From: Treponema sp.
GTDB taxonomy: Bacteria; Spirochaetota; Spirochaetia; Treponematales; Treponemataceae
Direction: 5' to 3'
Length of the DNA stretch: 64,000 nucleotides
NCBI GenBank assembly: GCA_016297805.1
Contig: JAEDFX010000001.1
Span: forward strand, 4,591 to 68,590
Shown here piece after piece: positions 49,254-59,177 of this stretch (position 1 is the first letter of the stretch; every line of letters starts with the position of its first letter). The position numbers and the translations under genes are program-made. The notes under the pieces are model-generated. The model made no database searches, was not told the origin of the DNA, and saw nothing but the letters and a program-made list of their open reading frames with translations.

Positions 49254-51320
49254 TTATTCCAAAGGTGCGAAGTATCCAGTCTCATCCCTTCCGCTTCGAT
49301 TCAGTAAATAAACTTCTGCTTCCAACGGCAGGAAATTTGTACCAAAGTTAGTCGGTAATGCAGAGGTAAAACTAAGCTGATAAATTCCTTGTGGATATTC
49401 AATCATATCTTTTACAACATCTTTCAAGCCTTGAGGGCGATATACATAATATGAATCACCCTGTGTATTATCTACTACATATGACAACTGATTACACATT
49501 CCATTCTGAGCTACCTGAACTACAGAGAAAGAAATTGAATTATTATTCAGATATGAAGTAAGTTCCGAAAGATTATATTTTTCAAAAGATAAAGAATTCT
49601 CTTCACCAGCTGTAATCATTACTATACCGCGTTTTTTTGCACCATTAATCAAATCATTAGAAGCAAGACGCATAGCTAAATCTACTCTGGCATATCTGCA
49701 TGTGCTATTTTTTAAAGCTATAAGCTTAAAATCACCCAGATTATCAGGATTTCCTACATATTCAGTTACAGGAATAGTTCCTGCAGAAACAATTCTTAAA
49801 GTTCCAATACCATTCATTGAAGCTGCAACTTCTTTTACCGCAGTTTCTACCTGTTCTGTAAACATAGATGTATACTCTGAACAGTCAATAAGTATTGTAA
49901 CATCGGCTTCTGTATTATTTGATGCAGCCCCCAGAAACTTTAAATTGCTTACAGCTCTTTTATTTTCTGAAAGATAGAAGTTTTCTTCCTGAAGTCCTAC
50001 AACAGGCTGTCTGTGTCTATTCTCAACTCTAAGTTCAACAGTAACATTTGGGAATTTTGAAGCATCCAGCTGTTCTATCTGAACAAAAAGTCCACCAACA
50101 AGTTCCTGCACCTTAGACATTACATAAACTTCATTGGCTGTATAATCAGCCACAATAACATTACCATTTACGTCAGGATTAGCAACAGTAACTCTTGTTG
50201 GAGCATTTCCTGTTCTTGCATATTCAAATAAAGCCCCTGTTTCCTTATCAATTGAGACTATTCTGTTACTATCACATACAACAAGGCTGTCATTCCAATA
50301 CTTAATACCTTCCGGTTTTTTAAAAGTATCCTTTTCACACAATTCCCTTAAGAAGTTTCCGGCTCTGTCAAATTCATAAATTGCACCAGTCTGATTATCT
50401 GCAACAAAAACAGACTCATCAACAATCATAATTCCAGTTGGACCTTTTAAGCCTTCAAAACTTCCCTGTTTTCCACCAAAGTAAAAAATTGCTTCTCCAT
50501 CTTTATCAAAAACATCAACCCTTCGATTACCGTAATCTGTTACATATATGCGTTCAAGATAATCCTGAGCAAGATATAAAGGTCCCACCATTTCTCCGTT
50601 TTTTCGGCCTCTTGAACCAATATATTTTTCAAATTTTCCTTTTTCAGAAAGAAGTGCCAGCCTGTCTCCCGAATTTTCACATACAAGCAGCTTATTGTTA
50701 TGAAGCCTCAAAATATCACTTGGACGGTCAAAACCATTAATTGGCCCTTCAATTCTATCTATAACCTTTCCGTTTTGGTTAATAAGAAGAAGTTCATTTG
50801 TATTATAGGCTGCAATCCATATTGTTCCATCATAGTTTGGCTGAACTGAAACAGGACCGCTGTAAACCATATTGCCATTAAAATCACCAGGAAAAGATCC
50901 TGCCTCTGATAAACGCATCAACTTATCGGCAGAATCACCAGTTACACGCCTTTCACGAACAATTTCTATTTTATTCTGTAAAAGTAATCCACCATAACCA
51001 TTATTCTGAGCATTCTGCCAGTAATTCAAGGCAGATCCTTCCAGACCTGTTTTATAATATGTTTTTCCAAGCCAGTCCAAAATCAAATTGTCATTTGGAA
51101 GATAAGACAAGGCTCTTTCAAACTGCACAATTGCTTCGTTAAAAGCACCTCTGTAATATGCCTGTACACCTCTACGGAATTCCTCAGAAGCCATTCCCTC
51201 ATTACCGGTACGAATTCTATCTTCATAGACCTTCAAACCAGCAGAATCTGTAGTATTCTGTGTAAAAGAGAATGTACATAAAGACGCAAAAATTAAAGCT
51301 GCTGAAACAAGCTTTTTCAT
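49254..51320 (-). CDS. exported TPR + NHL beta-propeller + vWA-like protein
   Basis: Signal peptide; TPR (GVQAYYRGAFNEA); NHL repeats (IYVTDYGNRRVDVFD); C-terminal TILIDCS vWA-like. Confidence 0.75.
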   Translation of the reverse strand: MKKLVSAALIFASLCTFSFTQNTTDSAGLKVYEDRIRTGNEGMASEEFRRGVQAYYRGAFNEAIVQFERALSYLPNDNLILDWLGKTYYKTGLEGSALNYWQNAQNNGYGGLLLQNKIEIVRERRVTGDSADKLMRLSEAGSFPGDFNGNMVYSGPVSVQPNYDGTIWIAAYNTNELLLINQNGKVIDRIEGPINGFDRPSDILRLHNNKLLVCENSGDRLALLSEKGKFEKYIGSRGRKNGEMVGPLYLAQDYLERIYVTDYGNRRVDVFDKDGEAIFYFGGKQGSFEGLKGPTGIMIVDESVFVADNQTGAIYEFDRAGNFLRELCEKDTFKKPEGIKYWNDSLVVCDSNRIVSIDKETGALFEYARTGNAPTRVTVANPDVNGNVIVADYTANEVYVMSKVQELVGGLFVQIEQLDASKFPNVTVELRVENRHRQPVVGLQEENFYLSENKRAVSNLKFLGAASNNTEADVTILIDCSEYTSMFTEQVETAVKEVAASMNGIGTLRIVSAGTIPVTEYVGNPDNLGDFKLIALKNSTCRYARVDLAMRLASNDLINGAKKRGIVMITAGEENSLSFEKYNLSELTSYLNNNSISFSVVQVAQNGMCNQLSYVVDNTQGDSYYVYRPQGLKDVVKDMIEYPQGIYQLSFTSALPTNFGTNFLPLEAEVYLLNRSGRDETGYFAPLE

Positions 51321-52012
51321 TAACGGCCTGCCTTTAACATTACAGATTTTATATGATTTGCAATTTCAACATTATCAGTAGCAATTTCTTCTGCCTGATG
51401 AAGATACTGCATTGCATCATCATACAATCCTAGCTTGTAATAAACCCAGCCTAATGAATCAAGACATGCAGCTGATTTAGGAGAAGTTTTCACTGCCTGT
51501 TTACACAAAGAAAGAGCCCTTGTTAAATCCTTTTCCTGACAGGCAAGAATATATCCTAACCCGTTCAGAGAAGAAACATTATCAGGATCTTTCTGCAGTG
51601 ATTTTTCATAAAAATTGATACAGCGTTCAGTATCCTTCTGTTCCCATGCTACAAAAGCAATGGCCGCATATACAGAAGCTGTCATATATCCTGTATCTAA
51701 TAGTTTGTTCAATTCAAAATCAGCCAGACGCTTTCTACCGGTAATAGCATAAATAACAGCCAGCAGAAAACGACACTGTAAACTTCTTTCCAGCTGTGCC
51801 CCAGAGGTTACAACCTGTTCAAGGAATAAAAGAGCATCATCATATTTTTCAAGCTTTGTATAACAGAGTCCAAGATAGTAAGCAACTTCAACTTTATCTG
51901 CTTCTGAATCTGATGGAAGTGCCAGAAAAAAAGCTAATGCCTTTGCATAATCTTTTTTTGAGTATAATCTTCTGCCTTCCAGTAAAACATCATTACCTTG
52001 CAATTTCCCCAC
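51320..52012 (-). CDS. TPR-repeat protein
   Basis: YYLGLCY, LNGLGYILA, LDSLGWVYYKLG. Confidence 0.85.
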   Translation of the reverse strand: MGKLQGNDVLLEGRRLYSKKDYAKALAFFLALPSDSEADKVEVAYYLGLCYTKLEKYDDALLFLEQVVTSGAQLERSLQCRFLLAVIYAITGRKRLADFELNKLLDTGYMTASVYAAIAFVAWEQKDTERCINFYEKSLQKDPDNVSSLNGLGYILACQEKDLTRALSLCKQAVKTSPKSAACLDSLGWVYYKLGLYDDAMQYLHQAEEIATDNVEIANHIKSVMLKAGR

Positions 52013-52026
52013 CCATTTCTGTGATT

Positions 52027-52788
52027 TTACAATTTAAACTTCAACTCGTCCACCGCTTTAGCACCAACTGGATCTGCATATACTCTGGAAACAGAAACAT
52101 AATTGTTTTCCACAATAACGGCGTCGCTTGCAGAATCATAATTTCTAACTTTATTTCCACCAATTGAGTAATGAGACAATTTACCGTCTTCTGTATCTTC
52201 AAGCTTTATCTTATCACCATAAGTTCGTACACAAAGTACATCTGTAAACTTTGCTCCCTTATATTCATCAACTGAAGCACCATTTACATTAACAAAAATT
52301 CTCGGATATTCAGTACTAGAAAGAGATTTTAAAGTTTCGATATTTTTAGCAACAAAATCAGCTATGGCGTCGTACTTTATTCCATTTTTATCAACTTTTG
52401 ACCAGTCTGGATCTACACTAACAGCAATAGCCGGTACACCATCCAGTACAGCCTGTCGGGCTGCTGCACATGTTCCAGAATAAATAATATCTGTACCAAG
52501 ATTAGCCCCTGCATTAATCCCCGAAACAACAACATCTATTTTTTCATTAAAAAGACCACTTGTTACACCTATAAAAGCACAGTCGCCTGGAAAACCTGAA
52601 CACGCCCATTGATTTTTCTTATATTCTTTCAGCTTTGTAGCACCAAACATTGTGAAATGATGAGAAACTGCGGATCTGTTAGAATCTGGAGCTACTACAA
52701 AAACATTGTGTTCTCTTGAAAGTCTTTCAGCTAAAACCTGAATTCCTTTACATTCAATTCCATCATCATTAGCGAGCAGAATATTCAT
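52027..52788 (-). CDS. surE: 5'/3'-nucleotidase SurE
   Basis: ILLANDDGI, VVAPDSNRS, VVSGINAGAN, YSGT. Confidence 0.95.
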   Translation of the reverse strand: MNILLANDDGIECKGIQVLAERLSREHNVFVVAPDSNRSAVSHHFTMFGATKLKEYKKNQWACSGFPGDCAFIGVTSGLFNEKIDVVVSGINAGANLGTDIIYSGTCAAARQAVLDGVPAIAVSVDPDWSKVDKNGIKYDAIADFVAKNIETLKSLSSTEYPRIFVNVNGASVDEYKGAKFTDVLCVRTYGDKIKLEDTEDGKLSHYSIGGNKVRNYDSASDAVIVENNYVSVSRVYADPVGAKAVDELKFKL

Positions 52789-52818
52789 TTTTCCCCCGAA
52801 ACACCCTTTTATTATTTA

Positions 52819-54000
52819 TCAGTCTTTTAGTATAGAAACACCATCTGATGGAGTTACTTCATAAACATCTGCATGGAATCCAAAAATCTTTTCAAATTCT
52901 GATATTTTAGCCATAAAGTTTTCCACATCACCAGGTCTCATAACAGCATACAGACAACGTCCAAAACCTTTTCCTGTAATACGTCCACATGTAACAGGAT
53001 TTCTGATAAAGTCCAGATTAGGCTCCAGTTCCTTTACACGCTTCAAAATCCAGTCAATTTCAGGACATGATATATTATACATTTCCTGCATTGTTTCATG
53101 ACTGTGATTCACAGCTCTGGCAAATTTAAAGAAGTCTCCTTTTGTAAGACCTTCGTAAGCATCCATAAAATCATTATGTTCATAAATAATTGAAAGCAGT
53201 TTACGTCTTATTTCTTCACTTACAACAGAAAGACATTCATTAATATCTGTAACATCATCTATGTAACGCCAGCCACCATAAACTGTACTCTTACGCTCAC
53301 GCAAATCACCAAGCAAAAGTGCATGCTGAGGTTCATGAACAATTTCTCTATCCCATATATCAATTCTTGGAACTTTTGTATCTACAAGAAATATTTTTCT
53401 GTCAGTAAACGGAAACGGAACATAATCCCATGTATTTTTTGTATGGTCGGTAACAAGAAGATTGTCTTTTTTAGCAAACATTGTGGAAAAATTATCCGCA
53501 ATATGATTTTCTGTATGTAAAAATCTGCGGTTTCCCCGTTCAATTACCTGAAGGAGCTCCACATCTGAACAATTAAGATTCAAAAGATTTTTTACACCAT
53601 AGGCAGCAGCAACTTTTACAGCCGTAGTAATTCCAAATCCAGCAGAAGGAAGAATTTCACTATAAACGGTTATATTAAGACCTGTTAAATCAAAACCGCC
53701 TGAAGTAAAGCCATACAAAATAGCTTTTACGGCATTAGCCCATCTATCTTCCTTTTTGTATTTTAAGGTTGTTATGCTGGATTTTTTTCGTTCGTTGATT
53801 TGATGAAAGTAAAACTTGAATGACTGATCGGTACGTTTAGAGATGGCTACATAGACAGGAATATTAATTGCCATCGATAAAGTTTTGTCCTTAAAGAACC
53901 AGGAATGCTCCCCTATAAGATGAAATCGTCCCGGGGCTTTTGAAACAATTTCAGGCTTCTCTCCATATTCCAATTCGTGTGCGTCATTTACTGCTTTCAT
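52819..54000 (-). CDS. galactokinase-like GHMP protein with divergent motifs
   Basis: APGRFHLIGEH, PSAGFG, SCPEID, GRITGKGFGRC. Confidence 0.75.
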   Translation of the reverse strand: MKAVNDAHELEYGEKPEIVSKAPGRFHLIGEHSWFFKDKTLSMAINIPVYVAISKRTDQSFKFYFHQINERKKSSITTLKYKKEDRWANAVKAILYGFTSGGFDLTGLNITVYSEILPSAGFGITTAVKVAAAYGVKNLLNLNCSDVELLQVIERGNRRFLHTENHIADNFSTMFAKKDNLLVTDHTKNTWDYVPFPFTDRKIFLVDTKVPRIDIWDREIVHEPQHALLLGDLRERKSTVYGGWRYIDDVTDINECLSVVSEEIRRKLLSIIYEHNDFMDAYEGLTKGDFFKFARAVNHSHETMQEMYNISCPEIDWILKRVKELEPNLDFIRNPVTCGRITGKGFGRCLYAVMRPGDVENFMAKISEFEKIFGFHADVYEVTPSDGVSILKD

Positions 54001-54071
54001 AAATTGGTCTCCCTCCCTTACCTTTTTTTACCTTGAACTTTTTCAATATATATAGTTAAAATAATAATATA

Positions 54072-55865
54072 ATGGAATTGATTTTACAAGTTTTTTATTC
54101 AGTTTTTTCAGGCAGCCTTTTAGCAGCAGCAATTCCTAACGAACTGTATCTGTTCGGGTGTCCCTTATTAACATTAATTGCATTTATTCCCTACTATCTC
54201 ATTTTTAACTCTATAAAAAATTATAGACAGGCTTTTTTATGTGGTTTCTTCCAGGCCATAACAACTCATTTAATTTCCAGTTTCTGGCTGGCATATTTTA
54301 AGGATTTTGCAATTCTTACACTGGGAGCTTCTGCCTTCGGAACTGGTATGATTGGTGGTTTTCTTGCTCTTTTCATCTATCTGCCTTTTTCTTCATCAAA
54401 AAAACATAACAGATTAAATCAATATACATTGAATCAAAATTTCTTTGACTCTGTAAGCTTCAGAATTTTATACTTTGCGGCTTTATATACAATTTATGAA
54501 TGGGTTAAATCCTGTGGATTTTTAGGTTATCCATGGGGTACAGTATCCTCAGCAATATACAAGTGGCCTTTATTGATGCAGCTTTCCTCAATAACTGGTA
54601 CCTATGGAATCACCTTTGTACTGGTACTATTAAATGCTTTTTTTGCAGAAATTTTGCTGTATTATAAAGAATCTGAAGAAAAGTCCAGCAATTCACTTTT
54701 CTCCCTTAAACAAACTGGCTGTTTATGTATCGTTCTATTTGCCTGTATCCTTGTTCATGGGCTGTTCCAATACACAATTCCAAGAAAACCTGTTAAACAG
54801 CTGAATACTCTGATTGTGCAGCAAAACAGTGATCCATGGAAAGAAAAAACCGATACAGATTCCATTTTGACTTCTGAAAAGCTTACTGATGAGATTCTTT
54901 ATTCAATTAAAGAGGATGAAGAACCAGTTAATCTTGTTGTATGGAGCGAAGGATGTCTTAAACATGTTTTTCCAGGTGCAGAAAACTACTACAACTATCA
55001 CCCGGAAGAACGTCCTTTATTAAAATATATAAATGAAAAAAATGTACCATTTATAATTGGTGGTGCTTTTCTTAAAGACAGAGCTCAGAAAAAATATTTT
55101 AATGCTGCTCTTCTTTTTGATAAAAATGGAAAATTCCGAGGCTGCTACGGAAAAAATCATCTTGTTCCCTTTGCAGAAGCCTTGCCTTTCATAGAATATC
55201 CGTCAGTAAAGGCTATAATGCAGAAAATTATTGGAATTTCTGCTGGCTGGACACCTGGAGATCAGTATGTGTATTTTGATGTTCCATGCCGTATTACTTC
55301 TGACTACAAACTGCCGGCGGTAAAAAATATTGATTTAACAAAAACCTATGACCAGCAGAAGCGTGAAGAAGAACAGCCGGTTACAGTAAGACTTTCTACA
55401 CCAATCTGTTTTGATGATGCTTTTACTGATATTATGCGTCCTATGTTCCTTAACGGAGCTGAACTATTTGTTAATATAACTGATGACTCCTGGTCTCTAA
55501 AAGAATCCAGTGAAATCCAGCATTTTGTAATTGCATCCTACAGATCTATTGAATACAGAACAACAATGATACGTTCTACCAACGCAGGTTATTCTGTAGT
55601 CATAACACCTAACGGAAAAGTAATATCAGATTTACCTCTATTTCAGGCTACTTCTGCCGCATTTGATGTTCCAGTGTATAAAAGAGTTATGACAACCTAT
55701 GCCCGCTTCGGTAACTGGCTGCCATATTCGCTAATCATTCTGTTTGTGATTTATTCAGTTTATTCTTACATGATTTTTACAGAATCAGATTACATACCTT
55801 CTGAACGTAAAATGAAATCAAAGAAAAAAAAGAAGTCAAAACTACATAAAAAAAACGAAAAATAG
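54072..55865 (+). CDS. lnt: apolipoprotein N-acyltransferase
   Basis: TM N-terminus, GYPWG, catalytic triad motifs VWSEG / KNHLVPFAE / PICFD, RSTNAGYS. Confidence 0.92.
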   Translation: MELILQVFYSVFSGSLLAAAIPNELYLFGCPLLTLIAFIPYYLIFNSIKNYRQAFLCGFFQAITTHLISSFWLAYFKDFAILTLGASAFGTGMIGGFLALFIYLPFSSSKKHNRLNQYTLNQNFFDSVSFRILYFAALYTIYEWVKSCGFLGYPWGTVSSAIYKWPLLMQLSSITGTYGITFVLVLLNAFFAEILLYYKESEEKSSNSLFSLKQTGCLCIVLFACILVHGLFQYTIPRKPVKQLNTLIVQQNSDPWKEKTDTDSILTSEKLTDEILYSIKEDEEPVNLVVWSEGCLKHVFPGAENYYNYHPEERPLLKYINEKNVPFIIGGAFLKDRAQKKYFNAALLFDKNGKFRGCYGKNHLVPFAEALPFIEYPSVKAIMQKIIGISAGWTPGDQYVYFDVPCRITSDYKLPAVKNIDLTKTYDQQKREEEQPVTVRLSTPICFDDAFTDIMRPMFLNGAELFVNITDDSWSLKESSEIQHFVIASYRSIEYRTTMIRSTNAGYSVVITPNGKVISDLPLFQATSAAFDVPVYKRVMTTYARFGNWLPYSLIILFVIYSVYSYMIFTESDYIPSERKMKSKKKKKSKLHKKNEK

Positions 55866-55967
55866 TCAATATAAATTTTACAAATTCATTTCCAATGCAT
55901 AAAACTTTTTTTTGTCAAGAAAAATAGTTTAAAAAAAAACTGGAATTTTCTCGAAATTCCCTTGTCG

Positions 55968-55983
55968 TTGCCATATATAGTGT
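55968..55983 (+). promoter_or_regulatory. NrdR box within the nrdR-nrdD promoter spacer
   Basis: TTGCCATATATAGTGT vs consensus acaCwAtATaTwGtgt; lies between TTGTCG (55962-55967) and TATGAT (55986-55991). Confidence 0.7.
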
Positions 55984-56038
55984 TATATGATTATTTTATC
56001 AGGTAAAAATACGCTAGAAACACAGGGGTTGAGGGAAA

Positions 56039-56509
56039 ATGCGTTGTCCATATTGTGGTAACTTAGATGATAAGGTTCTTGAATCAAGAACGATTGTAAA
56101 TGGTGAAAGTATTCGCCGTAGACGCGAATGTCTTGGTTGCGGATACCGTTTCACAAGCTATGAACGTATCGACGAAAAACCATTTATGGTTGTGAAACGA
56201 GACCAGCGTCGCCAGCCTTTTGACAGAGCTAAACTGGAGAAAGGTATTGAACGAGCTTTAGAGAAACGCCCAATTTCCACTTCCCTTATTGAACAGATTT
56301 CCAACGACATTGAAGACCTTGCTGTAAAAAAAGGAAAAGAATCCAGAGAAATTTCAACCGCTGACTTAGGAGAATTAGTTCTGGAAAAACTTTATGAAAT
56401 TGATAAAGTTGCTTACATACGTTTTGCCTCTGTTTACCGTCATTTTGAAAATTTAGATGAATTTATTACTGAAGTTAAAAATATAGAAAAAAGGGGAATT
56501 AAAAAATGA
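56039..56509 (+). CDS. nrdR: transcriptional repressor NrdR
   Basis: MRCPYC, IRRRRECLGCGYRFTSYE, ATP-cone, DKVAYIRFASVYR. Confidence 0.97.
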   Translation: MRCPYCGNLDDKVLESRTIVNGESIRRRRECLGCGYRFTSYERIDEKPFMVVKRDQRRQPFDRAKLEKGIERALEKRPISTSLIEQISNDIEDLAVKKGKESREISTADLGELVLEKLYEIDKVAYIRFASVYRHFENLDEFITEVKNIEKRGIKK

Positions 56510-58611
56510 GTGATCAGTCTATTTTTCCTGAATGGAGAAGCTTTTTAGGTACAAGTTCGGATAAAGAAACAAAAGGATTTTTAAAATCAGTAGTAAAACG
56601 TTCTGGCGAAATTGCAGATTATGACCGAACAAAAATTGAAATAGCAATTGGTAAAGCCATAGATGCAGTCGAACATCAGAAGGATCCAGACAGAGCTGCA
56701 GCCCTTACAGACAAGGTTGAAGAAAAGCTTCGCTTACAGCTGGCGGGAAACAGAGCTCATTCTATTCCAGCTATCGAAGAAATTCAGGATATTGTAGAAA
56801 ATGTACTCATTGAATCAAAGGAAGTTGCAGTTGCAAAAGCATATATTTTATACCGTGCCCAGCATGAAGCAACCCGAGACACAAAAAAACTTATGCTTGA
56901 TATCAACAAAACTATGGATGGATATCTGGCACAGAGCGACTGGCGTGTAAATGAAAATGCCAATGTGAATTTCTCCTTAGGTGGATTGATTCTTCACAAT
57001 TCTGGAACAATTACTGCAAATTACTGGCTTAACAATATATATTCAAAGGAAGTTGCAGAGGCTCATAAAACTGCAGCGTTCCATATTCATGACCTTTCTA
57101 TGTTCTCCGGCTACTGTGCAGGCTGGTCCTTGCGGCAGCTTATTCAGGAAGGACTTGGTGGCGTACCAGACAAAATCACTTCTACACCAGCAACCCATCT
57201 TTCTACACTTGTAAACCAGATTGTAAACTTTTTGGGAATCATGCAAAACGAATGGGCAGGAGCTCAGGCATTCAGTTCTTTTGACACATATCTTGCACCA
57301 TTTGTACGTACAGATAAGCTTACAGAAAAACAGGTTCGCCAGTGCATTCAGAGTTACATTTACGGTGTTAATACTCCAAGCCGCTGGGGATCACAGGCTC
57401 CTTTTACAAATATTACAATGGATCTTGTTTGCCCTGATGACCTTAAAAATAAAAAAGCAATCGTAGGCGGTAAAGAACAGGATTTTACTTATGGTGACTG
57501 TCAGAAAGAAATGGACATCATCAATAAAGTCTTTATTGAACTTATGATTGAAGGTGATGCAGAAGGACGTGGTTTTGCTTACCCTATTCCAACTTATAAT
57601 ATTACCCGAGATTTTGACTGGAATTCAGATATTGCAAAACTTCTTTTTACAATGACAGCCCAGTACGGTACACCAAATTTCCAGAACTTTGTTAATTCTG
57701 ATTTGAATCCTAACGATGTTCGCTCTATGTGCTGCCGACTTCAGCTTGATAAACGTGAACTTCGCCGTCGTGGTGGAGGACTTTTTGGTGCTGATGAATT
57801 TACAGGCTCAATTGGTGTTGTAACAATCAACCTGCCACAGATTGGTTATCTTGCATCTGACGAAACAGAATTTTATAAACGACTTGATTATCTTATGGAT
57901 CTGGCAAAAGAGAGTCTCTGTGTAAAACGTAAGGTTATTCAGAAGCTTTATGATGGTGGATTATTCCCATATACGCGCCGTTACCTGAAAACTCTTGTAA
58001 ATCATTTCAACACAATTGGTTTATGCGGTATGAATGAATGCTGTCTGAACTTTCTTGGAGTAGACATTACAACTACAAAAGGAAAAGCATTTGCAGAACA
58101 GGTTCTTCAGCACATGCGTGAACGAATGCAGGATTATCAGGAAGAAACAGGGGATTTGTTTAATCTGGAAGCAACTCCTGCAGAATCTACATCATATCGT
58201 CTTGCACGTCATGATAAGGAACAGTTCCCGGACATCATCACAAGTGGTGACAAGGAACCTTTCTATACTAACTCTTCACAGCTTCCTGTTGATTACACAG
58301 CAGATGTTTTTGAAGCCTTGGACATGCAGGAATCCTTACAGACAAAGTACACAGGTGGAACAATGTTCCATGTTTATATGGGTGAAGCAATTAAAGACTG
58401 GAAAGCTTGTGCAGAACTGGTAAAAACTATTTCTCATAAGTATAGAATTCCATTCTTTACAATTTCACCAACCTATTCTGTCTGCCCAATTCACGGATAT
58501 CTAACTGGCCAGCAGTTTGAATGCCCAAAATGTAAAGCAGAAAAAGAAAAGGCTCTAAAAGAAAAATTGAAAGCTCTTGAAGCTGAAAAAGAAGAATTGT
58601 TAAGAACGTAA
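56506..58611 (+). CDS. nrdD: class III anaerobic ribonucleotide reductase catalytic subunit lacking the glycyl-radical domain
   Basis: ATP-cone, DWRVNENAN, HIHDL, YCAGWSL, RSMCCRL, EATPAES, CPIHGY...CPKC; ends without an RxxGY motif. Confidence 0.92.
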   Translation: MSDQSIFPEWRSFLGTSSDKETKGFLKSVVKRSGEIADYDRTKIEIAIGKAIDAVEHQKDPDRAAALTDKVEEKLRLQLAGNRAHSIPAIEEIQDIVENVLIESKEVAVAKAYILYRAQHEATRDTKKLMLDINKTMDGYLAQSDWRVNENANVNFSLGGLILHNSGTITANYWLNNIYSKEVAEAHKTAAFHIHDLSMFSGYCAGWSLRQLIQEGLGGVPDKITSTPATHLSTLVNQIVNFLGIMQNEWAGAQAFSSFDTYLAPFVRTDKLTEKQVRQCIQSYIYGVNTPSRWGSQAPFTNITMDLVCPDDLKNKKAIVGGKEQDFTYGDCQKEMDIINKVFIELMIEGDAEGRGFAYPIPTYNITRDFDWNSDIAKLLFTMTAQYGTPNFQNFVNSDLNPNDVRSMCCRLQLDKRELRRRGGGLFGADEFTGSIGVVTINLPQIGYLASDETEFYKRLDYLMDLAKESLCVKRKVIQKLYDGGLFPYTRRYLKTLVNHFNTIGLCGMNECCLNFLGVDITTTKGKAFAEQVLQHMRERMQDYQEETGDLFNLEATPAESTSYRLARHDKEQFPDIITSGDKEPFYTNSSQLPVDYTADVFEALDMQESLQTKYTGGTMFHVYMGEAIKDWKACAELVKTISHKYRIPFFTISPTYSVCPIHGYLTGQQFECPKCKAEKEKALKEKLKALEAEKEELLRT

Positions 58612-58631
58612 AAGGGAGGATATAAAAAAAA

Positions 58632-59171
58632 ATGAAAAAAAGAACACTTGCACAAATTGAACAGGAAATTGCAGAAACAAAGGCTGCATTGGCAGATGTA
58701 CACGGAACAGAAACAGAAGTTTATGCCCGTATCGTCGGATATTATCGTGCTGTAAAACACTGGAATAATGGCAAAAGAGATGAATTCAACCTCCGAAAAA
58801 TGTTTACTCTTGAAGACAGCCATCTAAATGAAAGAGCATCTGAAGTTTCTGCAAAAACAGCTTCTAAAAATACCGCTAAAGCAGAAAAATCATCACAGCC
58901 AGTGTTAGATACAGGAATTGCAACATATGAACTTTACACTCGCAAAACTTGTCCAAACTGTCCTCCTGTAAAGGAATTTATGGCAAATGTAGAAGTACCT
59001 GGACGTAATATTGATGTAGATACAGAAGAAGGTCTTGCAGAAGCTGCAAAAAATGGTGTTTTCGCATCTCCAACTGTAATCTGTTACAATAATGCTGGTG
59101 TAGAAACCGCACGCTGCCACAATGTAGATGAACTTGAAGCTGTCTTTAACAAAATTGCAGTTTTAGCATAA
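58632..59171 (+). CDS. stand-alone NrdD glycyl-radical domain fused to a glutaredoxin/NrdH-like domain
   Basis: TEVYARIVGYYRAVKHWNNGKRDEF..RKMF, then a linker, then LYTRKTCPNCPPVK...GVFASPTV; own SD GGAGGA. Confidence 0.88.
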   Translation: MKKRTLAQIEQEIAETKAALADVHGTETEVYARIVGYYRAVKHWNNGKRDEFNLRKMFTLEDSHLNERASEVSAKTASKNTAKAEKSSQPVLDTGIATYELYTRKTCPNCPPVKEFMANVEVPGRNIDVDTEEGLAEAAKNGVFASPTVICYNNAGVETARCHNVDELEAVFNKIAVLA

Positions 59172-59177
59172 GGATAA

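Noticed and set aside
56506..58611. nrdD as a truncated pseudogene or homopolymer frameshift
   Set aside because: The stop precedes the poly-A run, the downstream gene has a strong SD, both halves carry extra helices and all catalytic motifs are intact.
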